DNA of 64,000 bases, from assembly GCA_951406725.2 (NCBI GenBank), contig OX597834.1, positions 15,748,001-15,812,000 of the forward strand, in the 5' to 3' direction. The notes under the pieces were generated by a model that saw nothing but the letters and a program-made list of their open reading frames with translations, ran no database searches and was not told the DNA's origin. Of the stretch, positions 52,399 to 64,000 are shown one piece after another (position 1 is the stretch's first letter; the number at the start of each line of letters is the position of its first letter). A program made the translations under genes and the position numbers. The DNA is from Octopus vulgaris. Lineage: Eukaryota.

Positions 52399-53203
52399 AT
52401 TAAGTCATCCCATAAATAATGCGTTTTTTTCAATTGCATGAATCAAAAGTCAGAGGCGGTCGGAATAAACTACCTGCATCAACTCACTATAAAAGCAGGC
52501 AGTAATTTAACATTGTCCTTATTTTTAGTGCAAGTTTTGAAGAGCGCAGTTCGATTTTAACAGTTGATTTTTCAAAGCTATAAGGGAAGTGACAAAGGAG
52601 TACATTCGACATATTTTTGCTTTATGACTTCAATAAAGGCAACAACGCAACGGAAAGCGCGCGGAATGTGGGGATCAGACAATAAGAGTAAGCCAGTGTC
52701 GACAGTGCTTCCAGAAATTCCGAACCGGAAACTACAACCTAGAAGATGAGCCTCGTCCTGGAATATCTGCAGAACTCAACGAAGACGTCCTGCAAACCTT
52801 GGTGGAACAAAATTCCATTGTAACTGTTGAGGAACTAAGATTTGATCATTCAATCATTCATCGACACCAGCGCTAGATGAAAAACGACCATCTTTGGTTT
52901 CTAGACGAAAGGTGTTCTTCCATCAGGATAATGCTCGGCCACATACAGCGAAGATGACATTTCAAAGACTGGAGTACTTTGAATGGGAAATGATGCCCCA
53001 CCCATCATATTCTCCAGGCATTGCCCCATCTGATTATCATCTATTTCGCAGTCTTCAAAATCATTTGGACGGAAAAAGTATGGATTCTGTAGACGAGGTC
53101 AGAACAGTACTGGAGAAGTATTTTTCATTACGAAGAAGTGAATTTTGCAAATCAACCAGATAGATTGAAGAGCATTGTAAAAAATGAAGAAGAGTATATT
53201 TTA
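52399..53203 (+). pseudogene. Decayed mariner (DD34D) transposon
   Basis: FFHQDNARPH..PHPSYSPGIAPSDYHLFRSLQNHL at 52894-53163; frameshifted HTH region upstream; left TIR TATTAAGTCATCCCATAAATAATG. Confidence 0.92.
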
Positions 53204-53342
53204 CATCGACCCCAGTGCGTAACTGGTACTTGTTTAATCAACCCCGAAAGGATTAAAGGGAAAGTCGACCTCGGCAGAATTTGAACTCAAAATGCCGCTA
53301 AGCATTTTGCCCGGCGTGCTAACAAATCTGCCAGCTCGCCGC
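53203..53342 (-). mobile_element. SINE family B, partial
   Basis: Core and head present, tail missing. Confidence 0.85.
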
Positions 53343-53343
53343 T

Positions 53344-53419
<76 letters not shown>

Positions 53420-54010
53420 TGATAATAATAATAATAATAATGATAATAATAATAATAATGATAATAATATTATAATAATAATAGTTATTTTATATATATA
53501 TATATATATAATGTTATACTAGTGTGTGTATGTATATGCATGCTTGCATCTATGAATGTAGTATATGAATAAGGTGTATGATATACACGCACGCATTATA
53601 CGCAATATTTATATAACGTGTATGTCTATATAAACATATATAAGTTAACTACCACTAAACCAATTATTTGAAAAAAAAAACTTTATACACGCAGCACTGA
53701 ATACGAATTACATTACACGTAGGTGGAAAAAGAAGATTTTTGTTAACAGAAAAAACAAAAATATTGCAAAAAAAAACATATAAAGGACAAAAATGCAATA
53801 ACAAAATAAAGACTGAAATTTTCTGGAACCTTCCAAAATGTCGTCGATAGTTTTGTATATTTATTTATTATTCATTTATTTGTTATTTGTTATTTTTATT
53901 GATTTTTTTTTTATCAATTCAATTTGTTGTTACGTGCTCTTCGCTGGCCTAAAGTTCTGGCACGTTCAAAGACTTTGCCTTCACGTTTATCTCTGTTGAT
54001 ATTGTTGTTG

Positions 54011-54059
<49 letters not shown>

Positions 54060-54246
54060 CATTATTATTATTATTATTACTAGTAATAATAGTAGTAGTG
54101 GTATTCGTTCCTGCTTTCTATTTTCCATTCTTATTTTTCCCTTTCACACTTCAGCCCCTATCTCTCTCTCTTTTCCTTTTCTCGGTAGATCTTGCTTTTC
54201 CACCCCCTCTCTTTGCCACTGTGCGCCCTGTTCTCTCTGTTTTGCT

Positions 54247-54302
<56 letters not shown>

Positions 54303-54356
54303 CTATCTTACTCTCTGTCTATCTATCTATCTCACTCTCTCTCTCTCTCTCTCTCT

Positions 54357-54398
<42 letters not shown>

Positions 54399-54480
54399 TA
54401 TATGAGATATATATACATATATGAGAGATATGTATATATAAATACTTATACATATATTTATATAACACTTACGTTCCATA

Positions 54481-54526
<46 letters not shown>

Positions 54527-54528
54527 CA

Positions 54529-54637
<109 letters not shown>

Positions 54638-55661
54638 CAATGCTAAAGTCGTATTAGCAAAACGGAGATAGATTGATACATATATATATACTTGTTAATA
54701 CATATTTATATATTGATATATGTAAATAAGTATACATATTAATCCATTCTTCGTTTTCCTTAATACATTTCATGCTTGTATGCATACACACACACACACA
54801 CACACACAATACACCGTCTAATAGTAAACCTAAGGTAGATTCAATGTAGTTAAGCCACAGATTTTAAAGCTTTAACAAATGTAAATGCCTCTTACTTTTT
54901 TCCCCACTCAGAAAATTATATCATATTAAATTATACAAGTTCGATGCCTGCCACTTTGCTGGCAGCAACACCGTCATTCGTACGATGTATATATTAACTT
55001 TAAATACAAAAAAAGTCTTCGAAAGAACTAGAAAATTATTAATTATTTCTGATCTCACTTTCAGAAAAATATATGTTAAAACGTTAGTAAGCGCTTTATA
55101 ATAGGGTAAAATATTGAAATTTATGTTGTCTTTCTAGGTGAAGGTTTAATAAATAATCTTTTAAGATTGATTAACTAAAAGCGCTTTTGAAAAATATTTT
55201 ATTTCACATTCTGCGAACTGCGTATATGCATTTTACAATATTTACATTTATTTAGCTCACTTCTCTGTAAGTAATGTTCTTTATTCAAGGCTGTTTTTAT
55301 CTTTACGTTTCTTCCTGGCTCATTTGAATAAGACTAAGTTGTTATTTCTAACAGATTGAGTAACTAGTTAAAAGCTTTCAGATTTGTGAATGAGTGTGTT
55401 AGTAATATTTGTAAAAGAAGATGAATGTGAAAAGAAAAAAGCTTACGCATAATTGTTTTGCTTATGTTATTAACGTAACGTTCCAGTGAGATACCGTGAC
55501 CCAAATTTCCATAAACATAAATAAAGTGGTAAATGATAAAAGTATTTGTATTCGCAATAAAGTAGGCTTTTATGAAGGTTTACACATATATGTACGTTTG
55601 TACTATATAATTATGTGTGTGGATGGATGTGCATATAAATATATTTATGTATATATGTGTG

Positions 55662-55710
<49 letters not shown>

Positions 55711-55713
<3 letters not shown>

Positions 55714-55909
55714 ATTTTATAGAAGGAGCTTCTACAGGACTAGAACTGTTTCATTCAAATGGAATCATCAGGAAGCTTCCTGATGATTTCATTTGAATGA
55801 AACAGTGCTAGTCTTGTAGAAGCTCCTTCTATAAAATAAATTAATTTACTCTGCTATGTATTGAGTACCTTATTTACTGTGGTTAACCCCGACTCAACCC
55901 GGGACCTAC

Positions 55910-55910
<1 letters not shown>
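55711..55910 (+). mobile_element. 130-bp palindrome with hammerhead-like cores plus tail (probable inverted Penelope terminus)
   Basis: 55711-55840 is self-complementary with 3 mismatches around AAGCTT; each arm reads CTGATGA..GAAAC outward. Confidence 0.65.
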
Positions 55911-55940
<30 letters not shown>

Positions 55941-56149
55941 CATACACGTAAATATCGAACAGTGAGTATTACAGCTCAACACTGTATTGGTGGATAAAGA
56001 TTCTTTCTTTGTGTACTAAGGCTACTACTTGTTTCATGCTGAGGAATACCTTAGCAATTATCAAGCGTATCACACGGAAACATCAGTATTCGTCTCCATT
56101 TTAGATTTTAAAAAACACAAAAAGTCACGGAATATATAGTGTCCAAAAT

Positions 56150-56780
56150 ATATATATACGCTCATTAACAGCTAGTAACTCGATTTTAAATGATTTTTTT
56201 ATAATTAACCCACTAGAAATAATTAAGTGAGCCAAACTATGCCTTGAATAAAGAAAATTTGCCTCTGAAGTGCTGCTGGTAGCACTTCAGGATTAAAGAC
56301 AAGTTTGAAGCAGGCGGGATTGTTCAAAATGTCCAGAAGAATTGTTCCAGAAGACCGCAGGGATCGACAAGGCCCACAAAGCAAGAAAGCGTACTGGAAA
56401 CATATTGCTAAGTTTCAAGAAAATTTGTACGGCAAGCAAATCGCGAGAAGGGAACCAGAAAACCAAGTATTCGTCTTATTTTGAAACGTTGTCAGATGAC
56501 GTAATTTTCAAGAATAGTTCATGCTGTCAATTGATGGTAACCCTGACCGAAAAGTGGACTTTTTCCACTGGTACATGACAAGATGTGTAGAAGATGTCCA
56601 ATTTCCAACAAGGATTGTTTGAAGCGATGATGCTATATTTATATTAAATGGCTCTATTTACTGCAGTTGCATCAATGGAGACTGAAAAACCGCATATTAC
56701 TGAAGAACATCAGGTTAATTAACCAAGTGTTGCAGCATAGTGCGGTTTATCATCAACAGGATTAATTGGACCGTTCGTTT
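56150..56780 (+). pseudogene. Decayed Tc1/mariner-superfamily transposase (DD41D/rosa-like)
   Basis: Fragments DKFEAGGIVQNV, SDDAIFILNGSI, PHITEEHQVN, CGLSSTGLIGPF with stops and frameshifts. Confidence 0.7.
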
Positions 56781-56837
56781 ATCGTGCGGTGGTCGGACAC
56801 ACACACACACACACACACACAGATATATACATATATG

Positions 56838-56992
56838 TACGACGGGCTTCTTTCGGTTTCCGTCTGCCAAATCCACTCACAAGGCTTTGGTCGGCTCGAG
56901 GCTAGAGTAGAAGACACTAGTCCAAGGTACCACGCAGTGGGACTGAAGCCAGAACCATGTGGTTGGGAAGCAAGCTTCTTACCACACAGCCG
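56838..56992 (-). mobile_element. SINE family A, left half
   Basis: Matches 4845-5000. Confidence 0.88.
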
Positions 56993-57000
56993 CGATATAT

Positions 57001-57033
<33 letters not shown>

Positions 57034-57496
57034 CTACAAAATTAGAGAATGGAGAAACATACTTAAATCAGTAAAACATCAACTATCTAGCAGTATATTG
57101 GATATATATTATCCCATGGTGGGTTGAATTTTCAACCCCTATCTCATTTTATAACCTATATATATATATATATATCGTATTTTATGTCCTTCTATTATTA
57201 TTATTATTATTGTTATTATTATTATAACTTTTTTTTTAATTCTTAAAAATCTAAATTCTTAGTTTCTTACTTCGTTTCTTTGTGATTTTTGTATTTTTCT
57301 CGATTTTATTTCTCCCCCTTTCTTAGTATAATTCGTTCTTTCCTTTTTTTTTTCTCCTTCTCTCGCCATTTCTAAACATTTATTCATTCATCTTTCTCCC
57401 TCTCCGATTTTCTTCCAAATTCTTTCAACTATTTACTTTACTTTTTTTCCATTTACCCATTATCTTTCCTTTCCGATATATGTGTGGGGGGGGGGG

Positions 57497-57840
57497 GCGT
57501 ATATACGTATGTATATATGTATATGCGTATATCTGTATGTATATATTGTATATGCGTATATATGTATGTATATATTGTATATGCGTATATATGTATGTAT
57601 ATATTGTATATGCGTATATATGTATGTATATATTGTATATGCGTATATCTGTATGTATATATTGTATATGCGTATATATGTATGTATATATTGTATATGC
57701 GTATATATGTATGTATATATGTATATGCGTATATCTGTATGTATATATTGTATATGCGTATATATGTATGTATATATTGTATATGCGTATATATGTATGT
57801 ATATATGTATATGCGTATATATGTATATATATATGCGTGT
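57497..57840. repeat. 28-29-bp AT-rich minisatellite
   Basis: TATGCGTATATATGTATGTATATATTGTA repeated about 11 times. Confidence 0.9.
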
Positions 57841-58134
57841 ATATATGTATGTATAATGTATATACGTATATACGTATGTGCGTGTTTTTGTATATATCCA
57901 TATATGTATGTATATGTTTGTATATATATGTATATATATATATACATATGTTTTGTATATATATGTATATGTATGTGTGTGCATATATAGATGTTTGTGC
58001 CTGTATATGTATGTGTATATATGCATATGTGTATGTAAGCATGTATGTGTATATGCATATGTGTGTGTGTGTGTACGTATATATGTACGTAAGTATATAC
58101 GTATGTGTATATATATATATATAGAGAGAGAGAG

Positions 58135-58167
<33 letters not shown>

Positions 58168-59360
58168 TATAGATAGGTATACGGAAGTATGTATATATAT
58201 ATATGCAAGTATATATGCACGTACATATAATTATACACACATAAATGTAATTAATACAAACATATATATATATATGTGTGTGTGTTTATGTAATATGTGT
58301 AACAGAATTGGGCATGCACGTGTTGCAAATAACACATCTTAATGCATCTAAACTTGAGGCAAAATATCGTGAAAGTGCTCAATGAATGATTAATAATTAA
58401 CTAATAGTCAGAGAATGCAGAGCTGCATCATGCATCTAATCAGATAAAAATATGGAACGAAGCTTAAGATCTCTAAAAATGCTGCTCAAAACAAATCTGT
58501 AATTATCAAGCTTGTGTAAGTTCGTAGCGAAGTATCTGCGAGCGATTGCGTTCGACTTGCTTCGTCAGCTGGTTTAATATATTACACACTTATCTAGCTG
58601 TTCATACATACAGACATACATACGTGCATACATGCATACATACATACATACATACATACATACATACATGCATGCATGCATGCATGCATACATACATACA
58701 CACACACATACATATATACATACATACACACATACATGCATACATACATACATACACATACATACATACATACATACACACATACATACACACATACATA
58801 CATACGTGTGTGTATGTATGTATCTATGTGTGTATGTGTGTGTATCTATCTTAACTACCCATATATCTGACCATCTATCTATACATATGTGTGTATGTAT
58901 ATATGTATCTATCTATCTATCTACCCATCTACCCATATATCTAACCACCTATCCATACATATGTGTGTGTATGTATATATGTATCTATCTATCTACCCAT
59001 ATATCTACCCATATATCTACCCATATATCTAATCATATATCTATACATATATGTGTGTATGTATATATGTATGTATGTATCTATCTATCAACCCATATAT
59101 CTACCCATATATCTATACGTGTGTGTGTGTGTGTATGTGTCTATCTATCTATCTTATCTACCCGTATATCTAACCATCTATCTATACATATGTGTGTGTG
59201 TGTATGCATGTTTGTACGTACGTATGTATGTATGTAGGTATGTATCAATCTATTATATAAAGTGTATGTATGTATGTATATATGTATCAATCTATCATAT
59301 AAAGTGTGTGTATGTATGTATGTATGCGTGTATGTATGTATGTATCAATCTATCATATAA

Positions 59361-59391
<31 letters not shown>

Positions 59392-59498
59392 AATGTAGGT
59401 ATTTATGTATATCTAAGTCTATATAAAGATTGTAGTATGTATATAAGTGTGTACATGTATGCACGCTTATATTGGCAGTTGGATGCACACAACCATAC

Positions 59499-59543
<45 letters not shown>

Positions 59544-60133
59544 AGGATTCTTCTCAATTTTCCCTCACGCATCAAATACTCTCTCTCTCTTTCTCTCTCT
59601 CACTCTCTTTCTCTCTCTCTCAATCACACAGTTTCTCCCTCAAACTCTACTCCTCACTCACACCCACTTCCACCCGCATTCTCCTATCAAACACCAACCT
59701 ATGTACAACTTCTTCCAGCCAACTCTTTCTTCCTTACCATTCATATATATATCACTTTCATATGTTTCTATTATGTCCTTAATTTCTTCTCACCTATTTT
59801 CCTTCTTCTCATTTAACTCCTCTACTGCAACTCTCTTTCTCTCCTCCTCTCTCTCTCTCTCTTTCTCTCCTATTCTCTCTCTTTCCCTCTCGTCCTAACG
59901 TTCTTTCTCAAACACTAACATTATTATTTTTCTCTCCCCCACTCTCTCTCCCTTCTCTACCCCTTTTTCACTCTTCTCTATTTATCTAAATTACCCTATC
60001 TGTCTGTCTGTCTGTCCTTTCTTTCCCTAATATTTTTTCCAATCTTTCCCGTACTCCTTCATTATCGATACCTCCATCTCAAACTTCTTCTTTCCTTCCT
60101 TCTTTTCTCCCGCTTCCTCTGCCTCTCTCATAT

Positions 60134-60528
60134 AGGAGTGGCTGTGTGGTAAGTAGCTTGTTTACCAACCACATGGTTCCGGGTTCAGTCCCACTGCGTG
60201 GCACCTTAGGCAAGTGTCTTCTACTATAGCCTCGGGCCGACCAATGCCTTGTGAGTGGATTTGGTAGACGGAAACTGAAAGAAGCCCGTCGTATATATGT
60301 ATATATATGTATGCGTGTGTGTGTTTGTGTGTCTGTGTTTGTCCCCCTAGCATTGCTTGACAACCGATGCTGGTGTGTTTACGTCTCCGTCACTTAGCGG
60401 TTCGGCAAAAGAGACTGATAGAACAAGTGCTGGGCTTACAAAAGAACAAGTCCCGGGGTCGAGTTGCTCGATTAAAGGCGGTGCCCCAGCATGGTCGCAG
60501 TCAAATGACTGAAACAAGTAAAAGAGAG
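60134..60528 (+). mobile_element. SINE family A, full length
   Basis: Head, internal microsatellite and stem-loop tail all present. Confidence 0.92.
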
Positions 60529-60542
60529 AGTATGCACACAAA

Positions 60543-61789
60543 CACTGGGTGCGTAAGATATTTGAGGACAGATTTACGTTTATAAAAAAAAACATATATA
60601 ATAACAGATAATAATTTTATTTATGAAAAAATGCTATGAGGATAAAAATAAACCCTCTTTTCTATAATGTTATTCAATAAAGCCACCTTCAGCTTCAACA
60701 ACTGCTTCTATATGAGATCTAAATCATCTACATACTCGAATCAAGTGGTCCTGGTTCATTTTGGACTTTACTCAGACTATGGCAGCTTTCAAAGAATCTT
60801 TGGTGTTATGAGCGTGTTCATTGACCTCTCTCTCAACATCGCTTCCCGTGTAATAGTCCAATGGATTGAGATCTGGGGAATTGGGAGACCAAATGTTAGG
60901 GGTTATGTGATCATGAAAATTTCCAGCCATCCATTCCTGTGTTACTAGAGCCATGTGTGATAGTGCAGAGTCTTACTGAAACACATATGACCTTCCATTG
61001 CATACACTGTCTATCCAGGGCTTAACAATTATTTCCAGGACCTCAATGTAGGCGGCAGAGTTAACTCTAAGGCCTTGTGGAAAGAAGTAAGGAGGCATTA
61101 GATGTCCTACATTGCTGACAACCCCTAATACCATTACAGTTGCAGGAAATTTTGTATACATAACACTTGGAACTTCAGAAGATTCTGCATGTAACCATAT
61201 GTCATTTCTTCTTTTAACTTTTTGATCTTCGTCGAAGTTTTTTCTCGTTTAAGAAAAACCAAATCAAATCTTCTGCGTTTTTCAGTTTGTTTAAGAGCCT
61301 TCTAGATCTGATGTAGTGATTTTCTTTTGTTTTTATGACAAATTAACCTTTCCTCCTCATATAAGACATATTTGATGACTTCGCGGACAACATTTCTGAC
61401 TGTTCCTTCTGACACACGGAGATTTTTTGCAATTGACCGCATGGACTTTCTGAGATTGTAATCAATGGTCTGTTGAACTCGCTGGGTAAATTCGAGTGAT
61501 CTGATGAATTCAGAGGGTTTAGAATGCTTTTTATGCTCTGATACTGGTGATGCGTCTTCCATCCTTACAGCCTTTGTAGACAAAATATCTGGCAACTTTT
61601 AAAAGTAAAGATATTTCTAAATCGTTATGCTCAGCCTTTATAACCACAATAACAGCATGCCTCTTCATTTATTGAGTAAGCTGAGGGTCTGCCATTATTA
61701 TTTTCTGAAACGAAGATTATACAGAGTGAGCAAAAAAGGCAGCAATAACCCAAAAAAGGTATGTCCTCAAATACCTTACGCACCCAGTC
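60543..61789 (-). pseudogene. maT/DD37D transposon with both TIRs and a defective transposase
   Basis: TIRs ACTGGGTGCGTAAG(A/G)TATTTGAGGACA at both ends; KFPATVMVLGVVS..YVFQ*DSALSH..WSPNSPDLNPLDY with 37 residues between the last two catalytic Asp; in-frame stop and frameshifts. Confidence 0.92.
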
Positions 61790-61915
61790 TATATATATAT
61801 GTTTGTATATATATATCTTGGAAGGTAACATATGTAATATATGCACACACACATATATATGTATATAAAATTTACATACACACCCACACACATATATATA
61901 TATATATACAATGTA

Positions 61916-61993
<78 letters not shown>

Positions 61994-62006
61994 CACTTTA
62001 TCTAAC

Positions 62007-62175
62007 AGCAGCAGAAATTTAATAGAGGCTGTTACTCAGAGTTTGATTCTGTTACTCAGATAGATTCAAACTCTGAGCAACAGCTTTTGTTATATTTCTG
62101 CTGCTTTTAAATAAAAGATATTACTCTACCTCTGGTATTTGAGTACACTTTTTTCCACCTTGTTTCATTTATGTG

Positions 62176-62178
<3 letters not shown>
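62007..62178 (+). mobile_element. Repeat tail with 5' inverted duplication (probable Penelope-like)
   Basis: 62007-62050 is complementary to 62062-62105; the right arm continues as the 34038-34152 family. Confidence 0.6.
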
Positions 62179-62215
<37 letters not shown>

Positions 62216-62251
62216 GTTGTTGTTGTTTGTCTCATTCATTTATGTGGCTGA

Positions 62252-62315
<64 letters not shown>

Positions 62316-62489
62316 CTTCCTCGCTCTACGTCTCTTCTCTCTCACTCTCTCTCCCTCTCCATCTAATTATATCGCTATTTCTATCTCTGAACTTGTTAAT
62401 TCGCTTTCAACACACACTCATTCTTTGCTGCTTAGTGTCAAAGCATACTCGTTTCTTGACCAATTGCCAACACGCTCAAATGTGTAATA

Positions 62490-62929
62490 ATCACACACAC
62501 ACACACACGTGTGTGCATGTGTGCGTACATAATTCTGTATATATCTACATACATACGTGCGTTTACATATATTTATATACGTGTGTATATACATGTATAT
62601 ATATATATATATGTATGTGTATATATATGTTTATATATATATGTATGTGTATATACATGTGTATAGATATGTATATATATATAAATGTGTGTATAGACAT
62701 GTGCGCATGCGTACAAATATGTAAATGTATGTGTATGTATACATGTGTATATATGTGTGCATGCATGTATATATATATGTGTATATGTATGTGTATAAAT
62801 GTATGTATATGCATATATATTTGTGTATGTATATATATATATATATATATTTGTGTGTATATGTATATACATGATTACATATATGTGTATGTGTATATAT
62901 ATTTGTATTTGTATGCATCTGTGTGTATG

Positions 62930-62971
<42 letters not shown>

Positions 62972-63413
62972 AGATGCATGCATGTGTGTATGTATGTGTA
63001 TATGTATATATCATATATATATATATATATATGATTGTCTGTACGTGCACTCTCTGGTCTGGATATTGTTCTGGTTCTTCGCAGACACCAAAAATTGGAA
63101 CGTGCAGTCATCAAGGAGAAATGTCGACGGTTATTGCGGTGGCAGCTTTTGTCGATCAGCGTTGAAAAATTAGCGCCAAAACCTCACACATTCACACATA
63201 CATACACACACACACAAAATCATGCACAATGCTCACATACACACACGCGTATACAGTGTCACACCCCCGCACATACATACGTGCATACATATCTACGTGT
63301 ATACGTATATGCATTCATAAATACATACGGACGTGTATATGTGTATATATAACTATATATACACACATACACACACACGTACGTATATGCCATAGATATA
63401 CATACATACCTAT

Positions 63414-63471
<58 letters not shown>

Positions 63472-63891
63472 ATATATACACTATGTATGTAAAATGTGCA
63501 TGAACATATGTAATGTACGCACGCACACACACACATATATGTATATAAAATTTACATACAAACCACTCACACATATATACAATGTACGTACACACACATA
63601 TATATATAAAAGCACATACACGCATATATATATATATATACATTCAAATATACATACACGTATATATATACGTGTGTGTGTATATATAAATGTACATACG
63701 CGTTTTTATGTATGTATATACATGAATATATACACGTTAACATGTATGTATATACATATATACGCATGTTTATATGTATGTATATACATATATATACGTA
63801 TATATGCACGTTTATATGTATGTATATATATGCATGTATATACATATATATATATACACACCCACATTTATATTTATATACACACACACAC

Positions 63892-63953
<62 letters not shown>

Positions 63954-64000
63954 TACACGCACACATACACATTCATATCTATACACACACACACACACAC
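62490..64000. repeat. Mostly (AT)n/(GT)n/(AC)n low-complexity DNA
   Basis: Direct inspection; one short complex island at 63040-63180. Confidence 0.9.

Noticed and set aside
63040-63180. Complex island with acceptor-like TTCTTCGCAG and a short hairpin
   Set aside because: No convincing donor site or protein similarity; hairpin too short for a pre-miRNA

Overview
Eukaryotic, AT-rich DNA dominated by microsatellites and interspersed repeats. The repeat repertoire resembles what I recall from coleoid cephalopods (Octopus); this is an inference, not a database result. I can support no intact host protein-coding exon: almost all listed ORFs are translations of (AT)n, (AC)n, (GATA)n, (GGT)n, (AAT)n or (GAT)n. 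The window holds at least four tRNA-derived SINE families, RTE and CR1-type LINE 3' ends, decayed mariner (DD34D), maT (DD37D) and other Tc1-like transposons, MITEs, a non-autonomous Helitron and several SINE/MITE-derived tandem arrays. Most notable: (1) Penelope-type terminal fragments with minimal, dimer-type hammerhead ribozyme motifs, including non-canonical cores and a 130-bp palindrome; (2) a SINE occurring as ~184-bp head-to-tail multimers with one recurrent junction, one array bounded by a single 14-bp TSD; (3) two SINE-LINE 3'-tail pairs visible within the window; (4) a 416-bp foldback with a tRNA-shaped apex; (5) a MITE carrying an inverted copy of its own insertion site.
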